DNA of 64,000 nt from Octopus vulgaris (lineage: Eukaryota). Positions 1 through 14,078 of this stretch are shown in pieces. The translations under genes and the position numbers were made by a program. Below the pieces are notes generated by a model that saw nothing but the letters and a program-made list of their open reading frames with translations, did no database searches and was not told the DNA's origin. The first letter of the stretch is position 1. Each line of letters opens with the position of its first letter. The stretch is from assembly GCA_951406725.2 (NCBI GenBank), contig OX597832.1:26474001-26538000 (forward strand), in the 5' to 3' direction.

Positions 1-78
1 CAATTCTCAACTAGGTGATGCATCGTGTTCTTGAGCAAAACACTTCATTGCTGCAATCACTTTGGTATCTGATATGTG

Positions 79-427
79 TGGAGGCGCAATGGCCCAGTGG
101 TTAGGGCAGTGGACTCACAGTCATAGGATCGCGGTTTCGATTCCCAGACCAGGCGTTGTGAGTGTTTATTGAGCGAAAACACCTAAAGCTCCACGAGGCT
201 TTCACCACAACTTTCTCTCACTCTTACTTCCTGTTTCTGTTGTACCTGTATTTCAAAGGGCCAGCCTTGTCACTCTCTGTGTCACGCTGAATATCCCCGA
301 GAACTACGTTAAGGGTACACGCGTCTGTGGAGTGCTCAGCCACTTGCACGTTAATTTCACGAGCAGGCTGTTCCGTTGATTGGATCAACCGGAACCCTCG
401 TCGTCGTAACCGACGGAGTGCTTCCAC
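79..427 (+). mobile_element. tRNA-derived SINE
   Basis: tRNA-like head with A box TGGCCCAGTGG and B box GGTTTCGATTCC, followed by a non-tRNA body. A minus-strand head copy is at ~22430-22502. Confidence 0.75.
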
Positions 428-624
428 ATCTGATATGTGACACACCATTCAGCCGTTAGAGACGATGATGATCTGATCCAAGGAGTGACATAATATACAA
501 TGCAAACATTTGATCACCGTAAACAAATCTTCTGCGCTGCTTGTTCAGCAAGAACCAGTAGAACCCACACCTGTCATCTGCACCGAACGAGACCACAAAA
601 CATAACCGCATACAAACATGGGTG

Positions 625-912
625 GGTATGTATATATGTGAATGTGTATGTATGTGTGTGTATGTATGTATATGTGTGTGTATGTATATATGTGTGTATG
701 TATATATGTGTGTGTATGTATGTGTATATGTGTGTGTATGTATGTGTATATGTGTGTGTGTATGTATGTATATATGTGTGTGTGTATGTATGTATATATG
801 TGTGTGTGTATGTATGTATATGTGTGTGTGTGTGTATGTATATTTGTATGTGTAAGTATGTATATATATATGTGTGTGTGTGTGTATGTATGTGTATATA
901 TATATGTATGTA
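625..912. repeat. Compound (TG)/(TA) microsatellite
   Basis: Directly visible; similar tracts at 1915-2235, 16270-16520, 34473-34660. Confidence 0.95.
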
Positions 913-1381
913 TGCATCATCATCACCGTTTAATGTCTGTTTTCCATGCTGGCATGGGTTGGACAGTTTGACTGGGGACAGGCAAGCCAGGAGGTCGCAC
1001 CAGGCTCCAATCTGATCTGGCAAGGTTTCTATAGTAGTAGGATGACCTTCCTAATGCCAACCACTCCAAGAGTGTAGTGGGTGCTTTTTACGTACCACCG
1101 GCATGGGAGACAGTCAGGCGGCACTGGCATCAGACATGTATATAAATATATATATATATGTATATATATATATTTGTGTATATATGTATGTATATGTGTG
1201 CATATATATATATATATATATGTATATAGGCGCAGGAGTGGCTGTGTGGTAAGTAGCTTGCTTACCAACCACATGGGTCTGGGTTCAGTCCCACCGCGTG
1301 GCATCTTGGGTAAGTGTCTTCTGCTATAGCCCCGGGCCGACCAATGCCTTGTGAGACGGAAACTGAAAGAAGCCTGTCGCA

Positions 1382-1427
<46 letters not shown>

Positions 1428-1429
<2 letters not shown>

Positions 1430-1654
1430 AGTAAACACATAAATGTGAAACAAGGTGGAAAAAGAGTACTCAAATACCAGTGGTAGAGTAATATGCTTTA
1501 TTTTAAGCAGCAGAAAATTCAACAAAATCTGTTACTCTGAGTTTCTCGTTGCCGTTCATCAGACAGTTTTGCTAGAATTCTAGCAAAAACTGTCTGATGA
1601 AGCGAGAAACTCAGAGTAACAGATTTTGTTGAATTTTCTGCTGCTTAAAATAAA

Positions 1655-1660
<6 letters not shown>
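1428..1660. mobile_element. Palindromic Penelope-like/retrozyme-type element with hammerhead-like core, copy 1
   Basis: ~85-bp inverted arms (1491-1660) centred on GAATTC. Minus strand 1566-1529 reads CTGT CTGATGA ACGGCAACGA GAAA CTCAGAG TA ACAG. Flanked by (TA)n. Confidence 0.65.
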
Positions 1661-1702
<42 letters not shown>

Positions 1703-4700
1703 TTGTGTGTCTGTGTTTGTCCCCCTAGCATTGCTTGACAACCGATGCTGGTGTGTTTACGTCCCCGTCACTTAGCGGTTCAGCAAAAAGAGTCCGATAG
1801 AATAAGTACTGGGCTTACAAGGAATAAGTCCCGGGGTCGATTTGCTCGACTAAAGGCGGTGCTCCAGCATGGCCACTGTCAAATGACTGAAACAAGTAAA
1901 AGAGTAAAGAGTACATGTATATACATATATGTATGTATATGTGTGTGTGTATGTATGTATATATATATATATACACGTGTGTGTGTATATATATATATTT
2001 ATGTTTATACATATATGTATGTATGTGCATATATATATATATGTATGTATGTGCATATATATATATATGTATGTATGTGCATATATATATATGTATGTAT
2101 GTTCATATATATATATGCGTGTGTGTATGTGTATATATAAACATTTATATATATTTATATATAAATACGCACACATGTTCATATATACATACATGTGTGT
2201 GTGTGTGTACACACACACACACACACAAACACACAGCAGGCAGATAGTGTTTATGTTACTAAACAACTTCAAGGCTATACACTTGAACACTAACGACCCA
2301 AAATCAATACAGAGCTAATTTATCCTCACGTGTCTCATTGTTTGCTAAACAAAATTTCCCATTTGACGATTGTTTTCTAAATGCTATTCTCCGCTTATTT
2401 CAAAACCATTTTGTCTTCCACCGATTCCCTCTCTTCCCATTCTCCAGCATCCGAATTGCAGGGAATACATCAGGATGACATAGTTAATGGCATGGCATGA
2501 AACACTTTATCTTTTTTATCCTTCACTTGTCTCAGTCATTAGACTGTGGCCATGCTGGGGCGCCACCTTCAAGAATTTTTCTGTCGAATGAATCAACCAC
2601 AGTATTGTTTCTCTGGGTTTTTTTTTTTGTTTTTGTAAGCCTAGTACTTATTCTATAAATGTCTTTTGCAAAGCCATTAAGTTATGAGGATGTAAACACA
2701 CCAACACCGGCTGTCAAGCGGTGGTTGGGGATCAAAGACACACACACACACACTCTTTTATTCTTTTGTTTCAGTCGTTTGACTGCGGCCATGCTGTAGC
2801 ATCGCCTTTTAGTAGAAGAAATCAACCCGAAGACTTATTCTTCAGGAACTTATTCTACCGGGCTCTTTTGCCAAACCGCTAAGTTATGGCGGCATAAACA
2901 CACCAATAGCATTTGTCAAACAATAGTGAGGAAAAGGAACAAACACAGAGACACACATATATAAATATATGATGGGCTTCTTTCAGTTTCCATGTCAAAT
3001 CCACTCATAAGCCCTTGGTCAGCCTGAGGCTTTAGTAGAAGGCAATTGCCCAAGGTGCCACGCAGTGGGATTGAACCCAGAACCATGTGGTTGGGAAGCA
3101 AGCTCCTTACCACATAAATGGACCACTGAAAGAAGCCTATTGTGTATATTCTTCTCCTCTTTTTTCCTACTGGGGTACAGTAAGACACTTATTGCTATTC
3201 CTCTATCATACTCTAACCCCTCAGTGGGCACAAAGTCCCTTCCCCCAGTTCCACTCTCTCTCGCAGCTGAGAGGTCTCTTGTCTCACAAGTTACTTGGTC
3301 ACCCTGCTGGTGTAGGTGCCACATAATAAGCACCAGTGTTGGTGCCACATAAAAGGCTCCTAGTAAACTCTGCGAAATAGTTGGTGTTAGGAAGGGCATC
3401 AAGTTGTAGAAATCAGGCCCAGTCAGACTAAGGACCCTGGTGCAGCATGCCATCTTGCCAACCCCTGAGAAAACGTCCAGCCTATACCAGAATAGAACAC
3501 AGATGTTAAATGATGATGAAGACGGCAGGATGTGACTGGAGGAAATTTACACTGCTATTTCTAACAAGTAAAGCGACCACATAGGGACTCCCTCATCTTG
3601 GCTTGTATTATCCCTAATTTGAAGCCAATGGGAGGCTGCTATAGAAAATTAGTAAGCCATCAAGGGAATACGATGAAACTGCCTCGTTAGTTAATTAGAA
3701 TAATCGTGTAGCAAATGTCATTATCACAGTTTCTGTTGACAACTGTAAACATTCAGATTGGAGATGTCGGTCAGTGTGGCACAGAGTGAAGCTGTGGAAG
3801 ATGCTGGAACATATAACAAACAAACGTTGATTGCTATGAATCATGATGGATGTAGTAGTGATGATGTGTATCCAACCATAGAAAATCTGCTTCAACAAGT
3901 TCCACTTGACCCATGCAAGCATGGCAAAATGGAGATTGTGTGATTATATATATATCATCATCATCATCATCATCATCGTTTAACGTCCGTTTTCCATGCT
4001 AGCATGGGTTGGACGGTTCGACCGGGGTCTGGGAAGCCAGGAGGCTGCACCAGGCTCCAGTCTGATCTGGCAGTGTTTCTACAGCTGGATGCCCTTCCTA
4101 ACGCCAACCACTCTGTGAGTGTAGTGGGTACTTTTTATGCGCCACCGGCTTGGGAGCCAGTCAGGTGGCACTGGCATCAACCATGTTCAGATGGTGCTTT
4201 TTACATGCTGCCGGCACAGGTATCATAACTACAATTTCCATGGGTCCTACTGAGATGCAGGGCAGTTTTAACAGCAGTATAAACCCCCACCACTTGGGAA
4301 AAGCAAGGCTCTGGCCTACAGGATTTATTTATTGATAGCAAACCACAGCTTACATCAGTCAGCATTGGGTTCCTAAACCCATGGCTCTCCCGGGGGCAAC
4401 CACTTAATGTACCCCTACCAGCACATACATGAGCACTAGCTGACAGAATCGTTAGCATGCCGGGCGAAATGCTTAGCAGTATTTCGTCTGCCGTTACGTT
4501 CTGAGTTCAAATTCCGCCGAGGTCGACTTTGCCTTTCATACTTTCGGGGTCAATAAAATAAGTACCAGTTACGCACTGGGGTCGATATAATCGACTTAAT
4601 CCGTTTGTCTGTCCTTGTTTGTCCTCTCTGTGTGTAGCCCCTTGTGGGCAATAAAGAAATAGGTATTTTGTCAACTGTTACATTCTGAGTTCAAAATTCC

Positions 4701-4883
4701 ACTGAGGTCGACTTGGCCTGTCATCCTTTCGGGGGTTGATTAAATAAGTACCAGTAACGCACTGGGGGCGATGTAATCAACTTAATCCCTTTGTCTGTCC
4801 TTGTTTGTCCCCTCTGTGTTTAGCCTCTTGTGGGTAATAAAGAAATAAATATAACTATACTGAATAATTACCATATGAGTGCG

Positions 4884-5151
4884 CAGTGGTGGACTGGGTC
4901 TAAAAAATATTGGTTACCAGGAGACAAAGGGGGCCCACCCGCAACTACCAGGCTATCATTTAATTAAAAAAAAATTTTTTGTTAAAAGTATTCTTTTCAA
5001 CTGTCTTCAAACACAGCCAGGCTGAAATAATTAGTGCATTCTTGCAGGAGTGAATAAAAAATTCTCAAACTTGAGGGGATGGGTCCCATATATGGATTCT
5101 AATGGCGCATGGGCCCACTTGCCATCGGGCAACCTGGCCAGTCTGCCACTG
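4884..5151. mobile_element. hAT-like MITE
   Basis: TIR CAGTGGTGGACTGG ... CCAGTCTGCCACTG; degenerate 8-bp TSD TGAGTGCG/TGTGTGTG. Confidence 0.65.
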
Positions 5152-5916
5152 TGTGTGTGTAGCTGGCTAAAACAGGCGCTCGTGTATTTGCCAATAGAGT
5201 GTGTACGTTGATATTTATACAGTACAGAAATTATAGGTCCTCTTCCTTCTAACAAACCCTGGTATTGGGGTTTCTCCCACCGATTCTTAAAAAAATGGGC
5301 TGAAATGGATCTATAAATACCGAATTATGTTATATATATGAACGGATAAATATTTATCCCGAGTAGCAAAGTATTTAATTAAACACAAATCATTTGTCTC
5401 AGATTTTCGTGATAGAATATTTTAAATGAAGTAGCAAAAAATTTCATGTCCGAATGTTGCCAAGAAAATCCTCCGATGTTCCACAATGAAAACACGTATT
5501 TACAGCGACACGCTTTTAACAAGACAATCCAACACATGATTACATTTTTACCACGTGGCAGTCAATGAAAAGATTAAAATTACTAGCATTTTAATACTTA
5601 ATCACATTAATTTCAAGCCATATGTTTTGACAAACAAGAGATTACGATTTCCATTCCGTTTACAATCCTGAAAATAAACTTTCAGCGATCGTTGCTTCTC
5701 CTTACCGAACCAATGACAACGCCTTTACGTGGCCACGCGACCTGCTAGAAATAGCAACCAAATTGCCTTCAAAACGCACCAAATCGTCGAAAAAAGGATG
5801 GGGAATACGTTGGCTAGCTTAGTAGTTCTGGGTACAATTGGATTACTTTTGATTATAGGTTTGCTTTAATCAGGACTGAACTTGGGCAATAACAACACTA
5901 ACCTACCTACCTCTCA

Positions 5917-5978
<62 letters not shown>

Positions 5979-8900
5979 CATGTATATTATAGCGAACATT
6001 TAAAAGGGTTAAAATTTAAGGAGACTTCCTCCTCCAGAAAATTAGTTTCCATTCCAAGTTGTGGTTGCAAGCCAACAACGGACCCTCTACATGGTCACTA
6101 GCCTTGCAAATAATACACCCAAATCTTCCACAAAACATATTCTAACCATTTTTTGAAAAACAAAAATAGATAAAGGACATATTGTCTCAGATATAGTATG
6201 TCTGAGAAAAAGATGGGGTAATTACGGATCATTCGATAGGAATTTATCTGTGGGCCCTAAACAAAAATCTTTACTGACATTGTTTATGCGTTTCTGAAGA
6301 ATTTAGACGTCGATCTTGCTTCCTACAGGCTTTTTGTTGTTGTTTTGTTAATATTATTTTTTATTTTAATTATTGTAAATAGTTTAGTTTGGACGAAAGA
6401 GCCGTACCAGTAACCTTCGCAAGATCTCCAAACCCAGAGAGATTAACACAGATGGTCCTTTTTAATGTCTACAAGAAAAACTTGATTGGGGACGGGATTT
6501 GAAGGTGTCTGGTGTTCTTGGGGAAGAAGGACTGGCTGTAGAGTTAGAAGTGAGGGCCAGATGCGATATGGATGGTGAGATGAGAGAAAAGTGGGGTGGG
6601 CAAACCTCACGAAGGACCAGTCTATTCTAAGGAACAAGTCACTATAATGTAACGGAAGAAAAGGTGACGTGAAAAGACATCGAGAGAGTCAAGTGTTAAC
6701 ATCGTTGGTGAATAACACCATGTCAATCTATTTATATCTATATCTAAAAAAAAAAAAAAAAAAGGGAACTCCCCTTACGTTTGAGCCAGGGGTGGGATCG
6801 AATGACACTGCATCAGAAACCACCCGGATGCTTCTAGCCAACGAAGTAGCTCCCACCTTATCCCTAGACTTACTAGAAATAGATGCCAAATTTTCCCTCA
6901 CATCACACTCCAATGTCTACAAACATGAGACATTGGATAATGTAGTCCTGGGTTGTTTGCAATAAGGAGGAAATGGGATGGTCACGGATGGAAAAAAGCC
7001 TTTTATTATAAGTCTGCTCGACCAGTTGAACACTGGGTTCGATCTAATCAGCTCTGGACCCGTTCCAAAATTTGAAATCTTTGTTATTATAAAGCCAAAA
7101 GGAAAGCCGGACGTTCTGAGTTCAAATTCCGCTGAAGTTCATTTTGTCTTTCATCCATAAAATAAATAGCAGTCGGGTACTGGGGGTCGATCCAATCGAC
7201 CAGCTCTCTCCCACCAATTTTCAGGCTTTGTGCCTTGTAGTAGAAAGGATTATTATTATTATTACTACTACTTTACGGTAATTCCATGACAATGGTATTG
7301 AGATGTGAATTGATTCCTGATAGAGACACCTGAAACAGATTTACTGCCGAGAAAAGGTAAATATAATTTGTAACGATCGTCGTGTGTTTTCGAGGGCATT
7401 AAGTAACATGGTGGAACGACAGGGAATCGAAACCGGGTCACCGACACTCAGTCAAACAGGAAATTACTTACTAAAACGTACAAATGCTCACCACTTGCAT
7501 GATAATAACATCACTAAAAATGTTATTTGTGTGTGTGTGTGTGTGTGTGTGTGAACATGTCGGTGATTCTTTGAAGGTAAATCAGATGATGACAGGTTTC
7601 AAAGGAATGTTTCACACGTGTTACGCATCATCTGTGAGTCCACGCTTGAATGCACACCGAACACGCGTGAGAGAGAACAGATACACACAGAACTAGCTAG
7701 ATAAATAGATACATAACTCAGTATACACACACACACATATATATATATATATGTATATATATATATCCTTTATAGGGATTAATTCCGAAATTGATTCAAT
7801 ATAGAGATAACGAAATTTAAATTTTCTAAAGGTTAGTTGCCGGCTTTCAGTTCAATTTTCCTGTAACAAGTGGATTATAAGTGGATAAATCAGTGTATTG
7901 GCTTTAGAATAACCTTCTTTAGCCCTTAATTATAATATATATATATAATTTTACAGACAGAACCACCTTCAACTCAAATATACCCGATCACTCCATAAAA
8001 TGTTAAAAATTAAATCTTATACTAATTATATCTATTCTGAGTCCTGTATTTTCCCCGTTTATAAGACTACACGTGTTTCATAAAAGTACGTCGGTATTGA
8101 TTTAGATACCGAGGTATCTAGTTTCAATACTTACTCGGGTCGACATTTGAATGTCTTTTCCCTGTGTACTCAAAAGTAATATTCCCTAATAATTATAATT
8201 ATATATATATACATAGAAAGAGAGATTAATTATCTACTAAATAGTGGTACTAATCCACCAGCTGTCTGATGCCATTAGAAAATATAATTATCTGAAAACT
8301 TCTTCATCGCGGCAAACAAATTAATTACTTTTGAACTCTAGAGTTATATTAATTTGCTCGGTATGTCTGTTGAATCACAGGTTAACTTCGAAAAGCAAGA
8401 GCCTCAGTTCAAATGTAATTTAAGTATGAGTGCTCGCCGTGTTCCTTCATTTTAAAAGTAGTGTGTGGTGAGATTTGAAGGAGATTTGGCTGCTATTTCT
8501 AACAAATTGGGCCAACAGGTAGACATTCCCGCGTGGCTTAGACAGAGAGGTGGAGAGGTAGACAGGTCGTAGACAGATAGACATAGGTAGATAGACAGAT
8601 AGATAGATAGATAGATAGACATAGGTAGGTAGACAGATAGATAGATAGGTAGACAGATAGATAGGTAGATAGACAGATAGATAGGTAGATAGACAGATAG
8701 ATAGATAGATAGGTAGATGGATGGATGGATGGATGCACAGATAGGTAGTTAAGCTAGCTAAATAGAGAGAGAGCTTAACAAACTTGAGAAGCAGGAAGTT
8801 GTACAACATCGCCGAAAGGTTTTCATGAAATGGGAAAGTGTCTTGAGTGACACTTGAACAATAACCACAACTTCAACAACCATCAAACATGTCACTCCGG

Positions 8901-9121
8901 CATTGTCACACTGACAAAAGACGTCAGCAATGACATGTCCATGTTTTTATGTCCCGAAATGTGTGTATGTGTGTGTGTATACATATATTGTCTTATATTT
9001 TTTATCGTTACAGGTGTTTATTATACATATAAACTGACACATTTGCAGAGCACCTCTCCACGTCATTAACAACAAGTATACACGAGTGAAATAGATTTTG
9101 ACTACGCCTGTGTGTATATAC

Positions 9122-9122
<1 letters not shown>

Positions 9123-9193
<71 letters not shown>

Positions 9194-9280
9194 TAGATAG
9201 ATAGACATATATATAGATAGATAGATAGACATATATATAGATAGATAGATAGACATATATATAGATAGATAGATAGACAT

Positions 9281-9325
<45 letters not shown>

Positions 9326-9620
9326 CAGACATATATATAGATAGACAGACAGACAGATAGACAGACAGACATATAGATAGATAGACAGACAGACAGATAG
9401 ATAGACAGATAGATAGACAGACAGACATATAGATAGATAGATAGACAGACAGACAGATATATAGATAGACAGACAGATATATAGATAGACAGACAGACAG
9501 ACAGATATATAGATAGACAGATAGACAGATAGATAGACAGATATACAGAGAGATAGATAGACAGACATATAGATATACAGATAGACAGACAGATAGATAG
9601 GTGATAGAGAGATAGATACG
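9123..9620. repeat. (GA)n followed by (GATA)/(GACA)n microsatellite
   Basis: Directly visible; a similar tract lies at 8560-8745. Confidence 0.95.
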
Positions 9621-9907
9621 TAGCTAGATAGGTATGTAGGGTGTTCTTTAACCGGAGGTAGAGATATTAGACACACCTACCATCGAAGGTATCACGCCTG
9701 TGTGGGGCCTTCTAGCTACCACATTATCTAAACTATCCCTCCCTCTTGTTTCGTGGTGCACCTGAGCACTGTATACAATAATTTCATTACAGAAATAGCA
9801 GCTAAACCTCTTTTTTAAGGCGGTTGGGCGTTGAGAGATTTTGACGAGGCGAGCGACCACATATACATTCTTTCTTTAGCTTAAAGTACCTAGGTAAAGC
9901 AGATCTT

Positions 9908-9950
9908 GTATACATACATACATTATATATATATATATATAATGTATGTA

Positions 9951-9994
<44 letters not shown>

Positions 9995-10890
9995 ATGTAT
10001 GTATATATATATATATATATACATATATATATACACATACATATAATGTATGTATATATATATATATATATAGACATATATACACATACATATATATACA
10101 ATGTATGTATATATATATATATATATACACACATATATATACACATACATATATATACAATGTATGTATATATATATACACACATATATATACACATACA
10201 TATATATACAATGTATGTATATATATATATATACACACATATATATACACATACATATATATACATATATAATGTATGTAGTATATATATATATATACAC
10301 ACACATATATATATATACACATACACACATATATATATACACATACACACATATATATATATACACATACATACATATATATATATACACATACATACAT
10401 ATATATATATACACATACATACATATATATATATACACATACATACATATATATACACATATATACACATATATATACACATATATATACATATATATAC
10501 ACACATATATATACATATATATACACACATATACACATATATATACATACATATATACATACACACATATATACATATACATATACACATATACACATAT
10601 ACATACACACATATACACATATACATACACACATATATACATATACATACACACATATATACATATACACACACATATATATACATATACACATACACAT
10701 ACATATATATACATATATATATACACACACATATATATATATATATACAGACATATATATACACATACATATATACATATATATACACATATATACACAC
10801 ACACACACATATGTATATATATATATATACATGCATACACACACATATATACACACATATATATACACAGACATATATACACACACATAC
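9908..10890. repeat. ~1 kb compound (TA)/(CA)/(TACA) microsatellite
   Basis: Directly visible; source of many spurious ORFs. Confidence 0.95.
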
Positions 10891-11706
10891 CTTCGACATA
10901 AGATGAGATAAACAAATTGTGAAAGGAATCGTGTCTAAAGTAAACTCACCGACATAGTTTCAATATTGTGATATCAGTGTCATAAACCTCTGGTATCGAA
11001 TGTCAACATCACCATTATTATTATTATTCCACGGATATTTATGAAACCTAAATAATAGAGAATAATCACGAAGTGAAGAAGTCTTCACCAAGGCAGGACA
11101 TGTTTTCGCTTTGCTTCAGCATAGTAAATAAAACTTTGCCGTACACCAGACGTCGCCTTTCGTACTATGGTAAATGCCACGCGTTAACCTATGGTGAATT
11201 TCGCTTTGATTGTGTCAGAATGTAGGTGATAAAGATGGGTTAATGTTTAAATTAAAGAAAAGGTAGTTTGGGGAAATGTTTGGAATGGAAATGTTGAATT
11301 CCTATGGAAAAAACTTGTAGAAACCCGCTGGCGGATAACGAGGTTGATAGAACAGCGTAAAGAGCTGTGGGAGGGTGGGATTTAAGGGAAGTAACTCTGC
11401 AGCTAGTACTCCCCTAACATAGGTGGTGGTCTCAAATTTTTTAAATCTTTAATTACTACGTGTAATTTTTGGTTACATGCTATTGGCACAAGGCCTGGAA
11501 TTTATGGCGAAAAATCTGTCGATTATATCATTCCTTAGTGTTTAGTTGTTATATTATTTCAACGATTTTGGAAGAAAAGAAAAATGAAGTTGACCTTGGT
11601 GGGTGTTTGTACTCGAAATTAAAAAGCCGGAACAAATTACTCCAATACTCTAAGGTTCTCCTGAGATAGTTACTTTTAACGAAGGATATTGTATTGCTCG
11701 GTATTC

Positions 11707-11930
11707 GAGCTGGCAGAAACGTTAGCACGCCGGGCGAAATGCGTAGCCGTATTTCGTCTGTCGCTACGTTCTGAGTTCAAATTCCGCCACGGTCGACTTT
11801 GCCTTTCATTCTTTCGGGGTCGATAAATTAAGTACCAGTTACGCACTGGGGTCGATGTAATCGACTTAATACCTATGTCTGTCCTTGTTTGTCCCCTCTA
11901 TGTTTAGCCCCTTGTGGGTAATAAAGAAAT
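11707..11930 (+). mobile_element. MetaSINE-like tRNA-derived SINE (representative copy)
   Basis: GAGCTGGCAGAAACGTTAGC head, GAGTTCAAATTCC B box, central GCCTTTCAT.CTTTCGGGGTCGATAAATTAAGTACCAG. Other copies at ~4436-4850, 23218-23620, 28560-28920, 44570-44945(-), 47790-48170(-), 50205-50436(-), 51908-52137, 57470-57640(-), 63650-63868(-). Confidence 0.8.
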
Positions 11931-12893
11931 AGATATTGTATTGCTCGGGAGTTTTTTACTTTTTTTTTGTAGGGTGGGGTTTATGACATCACACTACGTA
12001 GTCCATATGTCCGAAAAAGAAACACACTCTTAAAGTATTAGATCAGTAATATATATTTTTAGGAAGTTAAATGTCACGTCCAGTCATAGAGTGACCATTA
12101 GTTTCACATCTGTAAAGCGCTTAGCCTATACGGGTAAGCATTTTATAAGTACAAAACATATGGAAATTGTATGATCGGCCATAACATTTAACTTCTTAAT
12201 GTGTGTGTGTGTGTGTGTGAGCATGGAATCTAAGTAAGGCATGAGTAAAATTTGAATGAAATCGGTTCGGTAGTTCTCGAGTTTTAGTAATGCACACATA
12301 CAGAGAGACAGACCCACATTCTTAGTTTTATATATATATATAAATAAGCAACAAGGATATCCAGAGATAATGCAGTACGATCGTTTCATGCGACTCCATT
12401 TAATTGAACAATGTAATGAAATATTACTGCATTACCTCTGGATATCCTTTTGCTTATTTTGATTGTTCAATTTTGAATTATATGGATAATACCATGAAAC
12501 TTCAACTTAAGTACGGCATATTCCTCTGGATAAATACTGAACTTGTTGCTTATTTTGATTATAATCATATTATTTTAAATTATATGGATATATACCATAC
12601 TAAATTCATGGAGTGGTGCCTTCCAACTAGAAACATTGCCAGATCAAAAGTCCCAGACCCCAGTTGAATATGCTTGGAAAGCGGACGCTAAACGATGATG
12701 ATGATGATGAGATCTAAATTTTACTGAACTACTAAATATATATTCTCTCTATATATATATATATATACTTGACACACACATATATGTATAATTCAAAACT
12801 AACGCAGCGAAAATAGTTCCCCCAGTTCTGAAAAAATATAAATATATCAGAAACTCAAACCACAGACCGTCTAGGGGACGCAATATAATATAT

Positions 12894-12988
<95 letters not shown>

Positions 12989-14078
12989 TATGCCTAAACA
13001 AAAAATTTTCGTCAATTGATGTAATGTTATAGGTATGTATTTTGAGTGCTCAATTTGGTTTTCTACTAAAACGCCAGCCTAAACTTCAACTGCAAAATGT
13101 GGTGCTGAAATTGCCTATCAAAAGAGGCTGGAAGTGATTCACCATTGAGCAGGTAGATATATATATATTAAAACAGATAATTAAACAAGCAAAACATTTA
13201 ACATCATTTTAGAACATTTAATTTGCCATATAGCCATAGCGCAATGTAGTTATGATATATATGTAAGGTCTCTTACAGCTGTTTCTAGACTAACGGAGCA
13301 TGTGGACCATATGTTATTGAGTACAGAAATCCACGTAAACTATCCGCCATCGGAGAGAGAGAGAAAGAAATAATTTAGAAATTCTTTTACTTGTTTCAGT
13401 CATTTGACTGCGACCATGCTGGAGCACTGCCTTGGAGGGTTTTAGTCAAACAAGTAACCCCAGAACTTTTTTAAAACCTAGAATTTTTTCTATTGTCTCT
13501 TTTACCAAACCGCTAAGTTACAGGGACGTAAACACACCAACACCAGTTGTCAAGCAGTGATGGGGGAGGGCACAGACACACAGACACACACACGTAGATA
13601 TATATCTATACGTATAAATATACATTATATACCGCGGGCTTCTTTCAGTTTCCGTCAACCAAATCCACTCACAAGGCTTTGTTCAGCCCGAGGTTATAGC
13701 AGAAGACACTTGCCACACAGTGGTACTGAACCCGGAACCTTGTGTTTGGGAAGCAAGCGTTTTGCTACACAGCCATGCCTGCACCTATGTAGAATATTCT
13801 CGATTGAGGATGTTATTAGTTACCAGTTCTTCGAGAAACCAAGGAATTTCTAGGGTGGAAGATAGATGTGTTTGATATTTCCATGATCGAAGAGTTAAAA
13901 TCCAAGGTAAAAGATAACACCTGTCAGTAGTAGATAAATCGGTAAAGCTTCGGGGATAATACCTGGCAAAGGATAATGGAAATTACTTATTCCAGCTTTA
14001 AATAGAAAATGGATCAGATTTGAGCTGGAAGGCCTTGAAAGAGTATGTAGCGGGAGAAATTGATTAGTAAACAACATA

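Noticed and set aside
79-155. Possible tRNA gene
   Set aside because: No closing acceptor stem or terminator; continues into a SINE body. The same applies to the other SINE heads.
456-10915. Long ORFs rich in Y/I/H/T or C/V/Y/M (e.g. 9802-10899, 365 aa)
   Set aside because: Translations of (TA)/(CA)/(TG)/(GATA) microsatellites; no coding signal.
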